Assembly: GCA_038213805.1 (NCBI GenBank) | Contig: JBBQSO010000020.1 | Coordinates: 1-64,000 of the forward strand | Direction of reading: 5' to 3' | DNA: 64,000 bases | From: Planctomycetota bacterium | GTDB taxonomy: Bacteria; Planctomycetota; UBA11346 | Part shown: positions 18,676 to 29,869 of the stretch, piece after piece | Layout: the number at the start of each line of letters is the position of its first letter | Numbering within the stretch: the first letter of the stretch is position 1 | Made by a program: the position numbers and the translations under genes | The notes under the pieces: generated by a model | Database searches by the model: none | The model's input: the letters and a program-made list of their open reading frames with translations, nothing else | Told to the model about the DNA's origin: nothing

Positions 18676-20739
18676 TCAGCCGGGCGGGCGGCGGGGCGCA
18701 CCGGGCTTGCGCTCAAGCGCACCCTTCTCTACCAGGCGGGGCGGCGGCGTTTCGCTGATATCGGTGGTGGAGCGGTCGGCGCGCTGGCGTTCCGGATCCG
18801 GGATTACGCGCAGGGCCTGCTCGGTCTGGTCCTTTTCCGGATTGGGCGCCACGGCACGCGGGGTCGGCCGCGGTGGCTGAGGCTTGGCCGGAGCGGCGGG
18901 GCGTGCGGTGGCGATGGGTTTCGCGGGTGCCGCGGCGACACGGGTGGGCGCCACCGGTCTGGCAGGAGCGGCCGGCTTGGCCATGGCGGCCGGCCGCGTC
19001 GCGGGTGCGCTGGCTGAAGTCCCGGACCTGGCAGGCGGGCTCGGTGGGCGGGGGGCCGTCGCGACCGTGCGCGGCGCCACGCGGACCCGAGCGGTGCCGA
19101 CATCCTCGTTGACGGGAGCGTCGTCGCGGCGACGCAGGCCGATGAGGAAGAGGATGAAGGGCACTACCACCAGCAGGCCCCAGACCACGGCGTGCACCGG
19201 GTGGGTCTCCCACAGACCGGCGAAGCCGCGGCCGTCGGTGACCGTGGTGCCGTAGTTGCCGACCACCGCCGCCCACCCGGCGGGTGCGAGGTAGCTGTTC
19301 CACGCCAGGTACTGCCAGCCGGCGGCGTAGCCAAGTTTGGCCGAACGCGCCGTCTCCTGGGCGAGAAAGGCGTGCTGGGCGTTGTAATCCGGTTGGGCGC
19401 CGGCGCTGCGCCAGTGCTCGCGTGCGGCGTCGAGCAGCGTTTCGACCTGCTCTGGCGTGCCGCCGGCAGTGCGCAGCTGGGCTGCCTGGTGCGCCTCGGC
19501 ATGGCCAGCGAAGCGCAGCGCGGCCGCGGCCCGCACCGGATCGTCCGCCAGGTCGGTGGCGACGGCCGTGAGCATGCTCGCCGCGAGGCCGTAGTTGCCG
19601 GCGGTGTAGAAAGCGATGGCGCTGGTCAGGCGCTCGTTGGGTGAGACTGCGGTGATGGTGCGGCTGATGCGCTCGACCTCGGCGGTCTGGCCGGTGCGCT
19701 GGTAGGCTAGCAGCAGGTTGAAGGTGATCGCGCGATCGCTGCTGCCCAGCTCCTGGGCGCGGCGCAGATGGGGGATGGCGTCGGCGTAGCTCTCGGTCAG
19801 CACCAGGGCATTGCCGTACTGGAGCTGGATGTCGGCCGAGGCCTCGCGCAGCGCAGCCGCCTTGTCCAGGGCAGCGATGGCGTCGCGCGCGCTGCGCTTG
19901 GCGCCCTCGGGATCGTCGGCGCTGTTCAATTGGGCCCGGGCCATGTGTACGCAGCCGATGCCCAGCCAGGCATCGGCGTCGCCGGCCTGCAGGGTGGTGA
20001 CCTTGGTGAAGGCGGCCTCGGCCTTGGCGAGCAGCTTGGTTTTCTGCTCGGCCTCGCCGGAGCTGGCGGCGAGGCTGAGCTGGAGGCGGCCGAGCTCGTA
20101 CCAGGCATCCGGGAACGCGTCGCGCTTGTTCACTGCGTTGCTCAGGCTGGCGACGGCGCGCGGCCAGTCGGAGCGCTGCTCGGCAACGCGTGCATCGAGG
20201 AACGAGAACTCCGGCGGGATCGCGCTGGTGGTGCGCGCCATCGCCGCACCCAGGTGGCGCTCGGCGCGCGCCAACGCTGCGGCTCCGGCTGCAATGGTGC
20301 CGGCCTCGTAGTTGACCCAGCCCTGGGTGTCGAGGGCGCCGGTGAAGCGGTCGGCGATGGCATAGGCGTCATCGCGCCGGCCGAGTCGGCCGAGCACCTG
20401 CACCGCGATCGCGCCGCTCACCGCATCCTTGGGCTCGAGGGCGAGGGCGTGCTGCGCGGCGGTGAGCGCAGGCTGGTCGCGGCCCTTGCCAAGTTGCCAC
20501 TGGGCGAGACTGCGCCAACCGTCCGGCCACTTGGGGAAGTTTGCGGTGATGGCGACCAGCTGCGCCTCGGCGGCCGGGTCCTGCGCCTTCAGCGCGGCCT
20601 CGACCGGTGTCCACTGCGCAACCGTCGGTGCGTCGGCCGCGGGCAGACCGGCGGCGAGCAGCAGCAGGCAGGCCAGCGGCAGCAGCCAGGCGGGGCGGGC
20701 GCAGTCGCGGCCCGCTATCACGAGGTCGGGGCGGCTCAT
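18676..20739 (-). CDS. Exported TPR-repeat protein with C-terminal TM and Pro/Ala-rich tail
   Basis: Signal peptide, repeated TPR-like helices, TM VVWGLLVVVPFILFLIGL; ATGA overlap with upstream gene. Confidence 0.8.
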   Translation of the reverse strand: MSRPDLVIAGRDCARPAWLLPLACLLLLAAGLPAADAPTVAQWTPVEAALKAQDPAAEAQLVAITANFPKWPDGWRSLAQWQLGKGRDQPALTAAQHALALEPKDAVSGAIAVQVLGRLGRRDDAYAIADRFTGALDTQGWVNYEAGTIAAGAAALARAERHLGAAMARTTSAIPPEFSFLDARVAEQRSDWPRAVASLSNAVNKRDAFPDAWYELGRLQLSLAASSGEAEQKTKLLAKAEAAFTKVTTLQAGDADAWLGIGCVHMARAQLNSADDPEGAKRSARDAIAALDKAAALREASADIQLQYGNALVLTESYADAIPHLRRAQELGSSDRAITFNLLLAYQRTGQTAEVERISRTITAVSPNERLTSAIAFYTAGNYGLAASMLTAVATDLADDPVRAAAALRFAGHAEAHQAAQLRTAGGTPEQVETLLDAAREHWRSAGAQPDYNAQHAFLAQETARSAKLGYAAGWQYLAWNSYLAPAGWAAVVGNYGTTVTDGRGFAGLWETHPVHAVVWGLLVVVPFILFLIGLRRRDDAPVNEDVGTARVRVAPRTVATAPRPPSPPARSGTSASAPATRPAAMAKPAAPARPVAPTRVAAAPAKPIATARPAAPAKPQPPRPTPRAVAPNPEKDQTEQALRVIPDPERQRADRSTTDISETPPPRLVEKGALERKPGAPRRPPG

Positions 20740-21275
20740 GGTGCGGGCTTCTCCGGGGCGGCGGGCTGGACGGCCCCGTGGGCGTAGCCATCGCGCTGTG
20801 CGGCGCTCAGCAGGTCGGCTTCGGCGCTCGTCGGCACCACGGCGAGACGCACCTCGCCAGCGGCGTCCGCGGTCCAGGTCCACGGCAACAGATCGCTGAC
20901 GACATCGACCGGAAAGCGTTGCCACCACGCCAGGGGCGTCTGCACGCGGGTCTCGCAGCGCGCCAGGCTGCCGTCGGCCTCACGGCGCCACGCGCTCACC
21001 GGTAGGTCGATGGGCAGCATGCTGGTGGCCGTCGTGGCCGGCGGGTCGACGGCGATGCGGCTGACGATGATCACCGTGGTCGCGGTCGGCTTGTCGCCGG
21101 GGTCGCCGACCGGGGCCGTCAGCGGCGGCTGGGCGGCCTCAATGCGTGCCCGGTGTTGGACGCAGCCGCACTGCAGCGCGCCTGCGCCGAGCACCATGAG
21201 CGCGCCCAGCAGCGCGGTCATGGGGACGCGCGAGCCTGGGACGGTGGAAGCTGAAGGGCGTGGACGGGGCGCCAT
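20736..21275 (-). CDS. Hypothetical probable lipoprotein
   Basis: Hydrophobic stretch ending LQCGC; operon context. Confidence 0.6.
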   Translation of the reverse strand: MAPRPRPSASTVPGSRVPMTALLGALMVLGAGALQCGCVQHRARIEAAQPPLTAPVGDPGDKPTATTVIIVSRIAVDPPATTATSMLPIDLPVSAWRREADGSLARCETRVQTPLAWWQRFPVDVVSDLLPWTWTADAAGEVRLAVVPTSAEADLLSAAQRDGYAHGAVQPAAPEKPAP

Positions 21276-21284
21276 CGTGGCAGC

Positions 21285-21854
21285 CTAGGGGCCACCGCGG
21301 GGGGCGGAAGGCATGACCTCGCGCTCGCGGCGCAGCAGGGTGATGGTCAGGCCAACCACCACCGCAGCGAGTAGGGCGCTCTCGATGCAGAACAGGGTCA
21401 CCGAGCGCTGATGCAGGGTGTTGAAGGTCGCGCGCTCTTCATCGCTGGGCGCTGGCGGGGCCTGCTCGCGGCTGTCGTAGGCCGGCACGGCCGGGCGGTG
21501 CTTGACGACCGCCTCGAGAGTCGCACGCGACGCCAAGTGCGCGGCCGAAAGCCCGACCAGCGCCAGCGCGCAGGCCAGACCGGCCAGGGTCCGGTGTGCG
21601 CGCAGCGCGGCGCCGGCGCAGCCGCCGAGCAGCATCAGCAGCAGCGGCCATAGGCTGTATTCGACGACCTTGCCCCAATGCAGCAGCAGGTCGCCGAAGA
21701 GCATGCCGGCGAGCGCGCGGCTGAGTTCGGCGCTGGTCCCCGCGCCGCCGGGAGCGTGCGCAAACAAGGTGGGCGCGGCGAGCGCGCCGAGCAGCAGGTC
21801 GCCAGCCAACCAGATGGTGGCGGTGATCAGGGCGAAGACTACGAGACTCTTCAC
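21285..21854 (-). CDS. Four-TM membrane protein (DUF4149/TMEM205-like)
   Basis: WL.G..AAPTLF, AG.LFG, FNTLHQRS motifs. Confidence 0.65.
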   Translation of the reverse strand: MKSLVVFALITATIWLAGDLLLGALAAPTLFAHAPGGAGTSAELSRALAGMLFGDLLLHWGKVVEYSLWPLLLMLLGGCAGAALRAHRTLAGLACALALVGLSAAHLASRATLEAVVKHRPAVPAYDSREQAPPAPSDEERATFNTLHQRSVTLFCIESALLAAVVVGLTITLLRREREVMPSAPRGGP

Positions 21855-22132
21855 AGGGCGACGTCCTCGAGACGGCTGAGCGCGAGCACGCGCGCGCGGG
21901 GGATGCCGACCTGGCGGCGGTTGGTGCGCACGCCAAGTTTGCGCGTCTCGACCAGGTAGACCTCCTTGGTGCAGTTGGCCTCGCGGTGGTCGTGCAGGTC
22001 GGCCTCGGTGAAGACCAGATGCTGGTGGTCGACGGCGCTGAGCGTGCCGATCACCAAATACAGCTCATCAAGGTCGGCGACCACCAGGGTCCCGACGTGA
22101 GCGCGCATCCAATCGTCGGCCACAGCGTCCAT
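21851..22132 (-). CDS. Small protein, possible Sm/LSm-like fold
   Basis: VGTLVVADLDELYLVIGTLSAVDHQHLVFTEAD resembles the Sm1 pattern; GTGA overlap with next gene. Confidence 0.6.
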   Translation of the reverse strand: MDAVADDWMRAHVGTLVVADLDELYLVIGTLSAVDHQHLVFTEADLHDHREANCTKEVYLVETRKLGVRTNRRQVGIPRARVLALSRLEDVAL

Positions 22133-22228
22133 GATCGTACTGTCCGCATGGCGGGCACTGCGGCAAGGGCAGGAAGGGGGGTGGGTGGGGGGTGTGGAGG
22201 GCTCGCTGGAGACGGATAAAATAGGAGG

Positions 22229-22358
22229 CGCGGAGACGCGGAGAACGGAGGAGGATGAAAAACGGCTGGGCAGGCTGCCAGAGCACCCGGCCTCGACGTC
22301 GCGGGTGCGCGTCTGACGGCACGTCAACATCTCCGCTGGTCTCCGCGTCTCCGCGTCT
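22229..22358. repeat. Inverted pair of CGCGGAGA octamer repeats around a ~80-nt spacer
   Basis: CGCGGAGA x2 at 22229-22244; TCTCCGCG x2 at 22340-22355, plus degenerate inner copies. Confidence 0.75.
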
Positions 22359-22362
22359 TGTT

Positions 22363-22701
22363 CTATCGGCTGTCAGGTCCGGGGCCGTCGTCCTGGGCAG
22401 GGGCGAGGGTGCGCAGGTTGGCGTACGTGAACAACCCGGCGTCGTGGCCGTCGGACCAGGTCACGCGCAGCGCGTAATTGCCGATGCGGTCGAGGTGCAC
22501 CGCGTGAATTCCGACGGGTACCGTGGCCGGGTCGAGCAGGGCGGCGCCGGTCATCTCATCGACGCAGTGCGCGCACGGGCAGCGCAGGCGCAGTGCGCGG
22601 GGTGCGTGGCGATCGACGCGATCGCGCCACGTGATGACGATGGCGCCGGCGTCGGCGGCGTCGGTGGCAAGCGTGGTCGGGATGGGGATGCGAGTGCGCA
22701 T
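22363..22701 (-). CDS. DUF971 / GBBH-like N-terminal domain protein
   Basis: LRLRCPCAHC, IGNYALRVTWSDGHDAGLFTYANL. Confidence 0.88.
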   Translation of the reverse strand: MRTRIPIPTTLATDAADAGAIVITWRDRVDRHAPRALRLRCPCAHCVDEMTGAALLDPATVPVGIHAVHLDRIGNYALRVTWSDGHDAGLFTYANLRTLAPAQDDGPGPDSR

Positions 22702-22777
22702 GGCGGGGACGGCGGTCCAGCGCCGGCGCCCGCCGCCCCGCGGCAAGCGCGGGACGGCGAACGCCGGACCAGGGCGT

Positions 22778-25700
22778 CTACTTCGCTGCGGGTTCCGGCT
22801 TGGGGGCGTCGGCGGGCTTCACCTCCACCGGCTTGGCCTCTGCTGCGGCCTTCTCCAGCACCTTCTTCATGAAGACGAACTCCTCAGTGAACGAAGGGTC
22901 ATCCTTGAACTGCTTGGCGGCGAGCTCGGCGACCATCAGCGCATGCTTTGGCGCCCCGGTCAGGGCGGCGCGCCAGGCGATCCAGTAGTACTTGGGCTTG
23001 TAGTCGAGCTCCTCCTTCCAGATGCCGAGCACGTTGGCGTACCAGTCGAGCGGCAAGAAGCGCGCGGCGTCGCCCAGCCACTGCGCGGTGTCGTCACGCA
23101 GCCGCTTGTCGTCCTTCTGTTTCACGAAGGCGAGGCGTTCGCGAACGATCTTGGCGTCCTGGGTGAGCAAGGCGTTGATCAGCGTGCAGAGGTGGTGGGC
23201 ATGGTCGAACGCGGGGCTCTCAAGCCCGAGCTTGGCGGCGGCGGCATAGGACTCGGCCTCCTGCTTGGCCAGGCGCAGTGCGAGCGGGCGGTCGATGGTG
23301 GTCTTCTCCTTCTCGAACAGCTCCATCAGGCGCATCGACCAGAACGGCGGCGCGAGCTTGATCCAGGGCAGGTCGAGCTGCAGCTGGGCGAGGCCGCCGA
23401 TGCGTTTGGCGTGCGCGTATTCTGCGCTCTTGGGCAGGGCGACGCCGTCAAGCAGCGCGCCGAGGCGCTGCTCGCCCAGCACCGCGGCGTAGTAGCGTCC
23501 GGCCACGGCGTAGCGCTGGAGCGCGTCCTCCGGTTCGTCGGTGTCGTGGAAGGCGACCTTGCTGAGCCAGTCCTGGACGCTGCGCGCCACCACCTGCAGG
23601 TCGGCATCCTTGGTGAGCGCATCGGTGCCCAGGCCGTCGAGCAGCAGGACCGCGGTGCCGGAATATGCGGCCATCAGGTGGCGCAGGGCCAGCAGTTGGC
23701 TGGAGTTGTCCCAGGCCTTCTGGTTGAAATTCGGGCTCGCCAGCCACTGGCCGACCTGCTCGACGTTGGTCGCCATGCTTTCGAGCATGGTCTCTTTAAG
23801 GGTGCGCAGGGCGAGGTCGTAGGCCTTGCCGTGGATCAGCGCGCCGGCCAGTTCGAGACCGACCTGGGGCAGCGTGGCCTCGGTCTTCTCGCGCGTCTCC
23901 GGCGACTTGCGCAGCGCGGGCAGCTGGCGGTCGAGGATGTCGAGCGCAGACTTGCGCGCATCGTCTGTCTGATGGGCGTCGAACTGGTGCATGACCAGTT
24001 CGATCGACAGGCTGAGGCGGCCGCCGGCGTCCTCGGTGCGTGTGATCGCCTCCTGCTGGTGCTGCACGGCCAGGGCGTACTGGCCGGTGAAGCTGTAAAG
24101 CCCGGAGAGCTCGCGGAAGTTGGCGTTGTCCTGGTCGCCGCCCTCGATCAGCTTCTTCATCTTGGCGATACCACGCTGGTAGGTCTGGTACTGCCAGTCG
24201 CGCTGCACGTCGATCATGGTCTTGGCGTAGTCCGGCTCGGCGAAGATGCGCCAGCTCAGCCGCCACGAGCCGCGGGTGTTCTCGCCGCTGAAGCGCAGCA
24301 GCAGGCTCAGGCCGTCGGGATCAAAGGTCTCGGACTCGTCGAAGCTGCGGTAGGCCTTCTCGAGGCTGGCGGGCAGCTTGGGCGCGATGAACTCGAGGGG
24401 CGGGCCGGTCTGCAGCACGAAGGTGTGCCAGTTGCCGTCCTCCTTCTTTTCGGCGAAGCACATCGCCGCGTGCTGCGGCAGGGCGATGACCTGGGCGCTG
24501 CGCCCCTGGCGGTTGGCGATCACCTCGTAGAGTTCGGAGAGGTCGTCGCAGTCGCCGCGGATCATCCCGCCGCAGGCAGTCGAGATGGTCTGGGCGGCGG
24601 TCTGGTGGATGTCGCCCTTGACGCCTTTGTTGCCGATCAGGAAGGGATAGCGGCTGTCCGGGCTATCGTAGACGTAGGCGAAGATGTACTCGCCGATCAG
24701 GTCGAGGTTGGCCGGATCGGGCAACGTGCGCGCGGCATCGGCGAGGAAGCGCTCGACCTCTTCGGGGCTGCCGTTCTTCGGCGGCACCAGCACGCCGTGC
24801 GGGGTGAGCAGCGACACCAGGTCGCCGTTGAGCGCGGTGATCAGCAGGTGCGGGGGCATGAAGTCGGCGGCGGCGTTGGGATCGACGCCCTTGTGGTGGC
24901 CGGCGGGGAAGGCGCGCCGCCAGTCGTCCTTGCTGGCGGTAAAGCCTTTGTCGCGGGTCCACGAGGCGAGCAGCTGCGCACCCTGGTAGACGCGCGCGGC
25001 GAAGGGCGCGGCGCTATCGGGCACCGCGGTCGGATCGGTGCCGCCCGGCAGGTCGACGACGATCATCGGCTTGGGCTCGGGGTGGACCCAGTAGTACAGC
25101 GGCTCCTCGTGGATCTGGATGTACGAGCTGCGCGTCGGGGTGGTCAAGAACCAGCCGCTGCGTCCGAACGCGTCCTTGACCTCTGCGAGGCGCAGCCCGG
25201 TGCCCTCAAAGAGCGTGACGGGTTCGTAATGCTCGGCGGACGCGACCAGCCGCTCGAAGCCGACGATGGTGTCCTGCTCATTCTTGTAGAACTGGCGCAG
25301 CCAGCCACCGCGCACCACGCGCCGCGCGAAGCTGGGCGCAACCTCGTCGACGTCCATCTTGGGGTCGTCGTCCTGGGGCAGGCGCTTGAGCACATCCTCG
25401 AGGGTCTTCTTGCCGAGGTCGTCGAGGTCGGTCTTGGCCATGTCCGCGATCAGGCCGTCGACCGCACTGGCGACCTTGGCCTTGTCGGCGCTGCGGTCGG
25501 GGGCCTGGTTGTCGACCTTCTTCATCACGCCTTCGCCGATGACGATGGTCGCCGGAGAGCGCAGGTGAATGCCGGTTAGGACGCCTTCCTTGAGTTCGAA
25601 GCCATCGCTCTTGAGGTTGGCCACCTGGGCCTGGGCGATCAGCGCGGGCAGGCCGGCGATGGCGTCGAGGCGGTTGTCGGCGACCAGTTTGAGGCTGACC

Positions 25701-26011
25701 GGCAGCCTGCCGATCGGGGTCTCGATCAGCGGGTTGCCGTCCTTGGTGATCTCGCTGACCACGAAACCGGGCTTGTCGCCGTCCGCCCACACCACCTTGC
25801 CGCCCTGCACCGTCAAGCTGGGCACCTGGGGCAGGCTCTTGAGCAGGTCATTGGCCGCGGCGGCGGTGTCCACGGTCGGTGGAGTCGGATTCTGGGCGGC
25901 GGCCGAGGCCGGCGAGGGCGGCGCCGCGTCCGCCGCGTGGACTGCGGACGAGGCCAGGGAAGCGCCCAGGAGAAGGGCGAGGAGCGCCGACATCGATCGC
26001 GTCAGGTGCAT
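22778..26011 (-). CDS. Large exported protein with putative transglutaminase-like core and TPR-like helices (1077 aa)
   Basis: Signal peptide; RGDCDDLSEL followed by PQHAAM; helical C-terminal half. Confidence 0.75.
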   Translation of the reverse strand: MHLTRSMSALLALLLGASLASSAVHAADAAPPSPASAAAQNPTPPTVDTAAAANDLLKSLPQVPSLTVQGGKVVWADGDKPGFVVSEITKDGNPLIETPIGRLPVSLKLVADNRLDAIAGLPALIAQAQVANLKSDGFELKEGVLTGIHLRSPATIVIGEGVMKKVDNQAPDRSADKAKVASAVDGLIADMAKTDLDDLGKKTLEDVLKRLPQDDDPKMDVDEVAPSFARRVVRGGWLRQFYKNEQDTIVGFERLVASAEHYEPVTLFEGTGLRLAEVKDAFGRSGWFLTTPTRSSYIQIHEEPLYYWVHPEPKPMIVVDLPGGTDPTAVPDSAAPFAARVYQGAQLLASWTRDKGFTASKDDWRRAFPAGHHKGVDPNAAADFMPPHLLITALNGDLVSLLTPHGVLVPPKNGSPEEVERFLADAARTLPDPANLDLIGEYIFAYVYDSPDSRYPFLIGNKGVKGDIHQTAAQTISTACGGMIRGDCDDLSELYEVIANRQGRSAQVIALPQHAAMCFAEKKEDGNWHTFVLQTGPPLEFIAPKLPASLEKAYRSFDESETFDPDGLSLLLRFSGENTRGSWRLSWRIFAEPDYAKTMIDVQRDWQYQTYQRGIAKMKKLIEGGDQDNANFRELSGLYSFTGQYALAVQHQQEAITRTEDAGGRLSLSIELVMHQFDAHQTDDARKSALDILDRQLPALRKSPETREKTEATLPQVGLELAGALIHGKAYDLALRTLKETMLESMATNVEQVGQWLASPNFNQKAWDNSSQLLALRHLMAAYSGTAVLLLDGLGTDALTKDADLQVVARSVQDWLSKVAFHDTDEPEDALQRYAVAGRYYAAVLGEQRLGALLDGVALPKSAEYAHAKRIGGLAQLQLDLPWIKLAPPFWSMRLMELFEKEKTTIDRPLALRLAKQEAESYAAAAKLGLESPAFDHAHHLCTLINALLTQDAKIVRERLAFVKQKDDKRLRDDTAQWLGDAARFLPLDWYANVLGIWKEELDYKPKYYWIAWRAALTGAPKHALMVAELAAKQFKDDPSFTEEFVFMKKVLEKAAAEAKPVEVKPADAPKPEPAAK

Positions 26012-26170
26012 GGGACATCCCGGCTTGTGCTGGAGGAGGCAGGAAGGGCCAACCATCGCTGGCGGGCCCATGGGTCAAGGACCTGGAGGGGTGGGACGAA
26101 CAGCAGGGGGAGGGCTTTCCGGGAATGGGTTAAGTCCGCACCCGGGGAACAGCGGGAGGGGGGGAATTGC

Positions 26171-26420
26171 AGGCGCGAGGCACGAGACGCGAGGAGCGGC
26201 AAGAAAGCAGGCAATCAAGGAAGCGAGGAAGCGAGGACGGCAGAGGGCCAAAGGGAGAGGGAAGAAAGTGGATACGGGTCTGGAACCGGGAGTGGACCAG
26301 CATCCAGACCCATGGCGGTGGTCATCCGACTTTCTTCCCTACTGCTCTTCTGCCCTCCCCTCCACCCACGGCCTGTCCCCCCGAGTTCCCGAACCTGTAC
26401 CCTTTCCCCCCTTTCCTTCA
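26171..26420. repeat. Degenerate heptamer/octamer repeats with purine/pyrimidine inverted arms
   Basis: AGGCGCG-like x4, GCGAGGAA-like x5; AGGGAAGAAAGTGGAT (26258-26273) pairs with ATCCGACTTTCTTCCCT (26324-26340). Confidence 0.6.
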
Positions 26421-26634
26421 CCTGGAACCACGATAAATACTTTCCGCCCGTGTGCGGGTGCCCTGGTGGTGGCGGTCGGTTTTTTCCTGGTGTCCGTTTC
26501 GGTGCGGCGTGCTGCGGTGACGCTGCGCGGGCTGGTCCGGGGTGGGTGAGGATGGAAGCGACCCCTGCCGGCAGGCCCACGCCACGGGGTTCCGCCTCCC
26601 ACTCCTGAAGCCCTCCCCAGCTCGTAAGGTCGCC

Positions 26635-28507
<1,873 letters not shown>

Positions 28508-28512
<5 letters not shown>

Positions 28513-28784
28513 TGGCTGATGGCTGACAGCTGACAGCTCGCGGCGAGAAAAACGCCGCTTGCCTGCCGAACAAAGGCTTCGTTCCCATCATTGAAGAACG
28601 CACGCGACTCTGAGTCGCGTGCGTTTTTCATTGGTCGAAGGCCTGCCGTAAGATTTCGCCGATTACGTCACCCAGGGAAATTCCTACAGCTACCGGTCGC
28701 CTGGGCCGTCTGCCGCCAGCCGCCAGCCGCCAGCCGTTTGTCATCAGCCATCAGCCATCAGCCATCAGCCATCAGCCATCAGCC
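28508..28784. repeat. Inverted pair of GCTGATG/CCATCAG heptamer arrays
   Basis: Left GCTGATG x2 + GCTGACA x2 (28508-28538) contains the typA stop; right 11 in-phase heptamers 28706-28782 (CCGCCAG x3, CCATCAG x5, variants). Confidence 0.9.
28592..28630. terminator. Probable bidirectional intrinsic terminator
   Basis: AACGCACGCGAC-tctga-GTCGCGTGCGTT followed by T-run, between convergent genes. Confidence 0.8.
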
Positions 28785-28786
28785 TC

Positions 28787-29404
28787 TCATTTCCTCTCAA
28801 CCAACGTCCCATCCTCCGCCACCGTCAGATGCACCTTGTCGCCGGTGCTCGGGACCACCGTTGCGAGGTAGGTGTGCTTGCCGTCCACGTCTTTGACGCG
28901 GATGTCGGTCAGGCGGTCGAGGCCGGCCTCCTTCTCGAGGGTGGCGCGCGGCTTCTCCGGAACCTGGTTGAGGGTGAGTTCGTCGGACTTGAAGGAGTCG
29001 ACGGCCTTGCCCACGGTGTCCTTGGTCGCCTGCCAGGCGCTCTTTGACACCTCCTTGGTCTTTTCCCAGGCGGCGGAGCCGGTGCGCTTCGCGCTCGCGG
29101 TGGCGTCGTTGACCACCTTGTAGTCGCTCTTGTCGAGCACCGTGCCGTCGGAAGCCACGCTCAGGCGCTCGTCGATACCGTTCTGGGCGATGGTCGCCTT
29201 GTAGACGGTCTTGCCGTCGGTGACCTCGCGGGTGATGCCATTGATGGTCCGTCCGCCCGCCTCCTTGCGGATCGCTTCCTTGGCGGCCGCGGGTAGGTCG
29301 AGCAGGGTCTGATCGGGGAGGGTGTCGGCCGCCCTGGCGCTGGCCGCGGAGAGCAGCAACAGCAGCGGGATTGCGGCACGGGGAAGGCGGAAACGGGTAG
29401 CCAT
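28787..29404 (-). CDS. Exported protein with two PepSY-like (BLIP-like) repeats
   Basis: Signal peptide; duplicated L..LP....AI.KEAG...DGK..Y.AT......VA.DGT unit; SD GGAGG. Confidence 0.75.
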   Translation of the reverse strand: MATRFRLPRAAIPLLLLLSAASARAADTLPDQTLLDLPAAAKEAIRKEAGGRTINGITREVTDGKTVYKATIAQNGIDERLSVASDGTVLDKSDYKVVNDATASAKRTGSAAWEKTKEVSKSAWQATKDTVGKAVDSFKSDELTLNQVPEKPRATLEKEAGLDRLTDIRVKDVDGKHTYLATVVPSTGDKVHLTVAEDGTLVERK

Positions 29405-29536
29405 GGGTGGGTCCTCCGGAGGGGTACCGCACAAGACGTTCCAATGGCTGGGCTGCTTACCGGCCATCCGAGCGGTTGTATGGCGGACCGTGCTTGCCCT
29501 GACAGCGCGCCGCGCGAGCGTCCTTCCGGAGATCGC

Positions 29537-29869
29537 ATGGACCCTTCCCCTACGCCGCTGACGAGCCCCGAGACGGCTGATGCTGCCGTTATCGGTCATG
29601 ATGCACCGCAGACGCGACGCCAGGTGCGCACCGTGCGCGGTGGCACTCCCCAGCGCGGCGATGCCATCGCGCCTCCTCCGTCAACGCGCCTGCCGATCGC
29701 CGGGTCGCGCAGCGGCCGTCCATCTCGATGGACCACCCAGCCAGACCCCGACAGCCCGCTCCATCAGACGGCCGCCCGGCGCACAGTGCACCTGCGCGTG
29801 CGCGTGGTGCTGCTCGCGCTCGTGCTTATTGCAGTGCTGGTCGTCGCCATCGTCACGATGACGCATTAG
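29537..29869 (+). CDS. Hypothetical tail-anchored membrane protein
   Basis: SD GGAGA, disordered N-terminus, C-terminal TM. Confidence 0.55.
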   Translation: MDPSPTPLTSPETADAAVIGHDAPQTRRQVRTVRGGTPQRGDAIAPPPSTRLPIAGSRSGRPSRWTTQPDPDSPLHQTAARRTVHLRVRVVLLALVLIAVLVVAIVTMTH

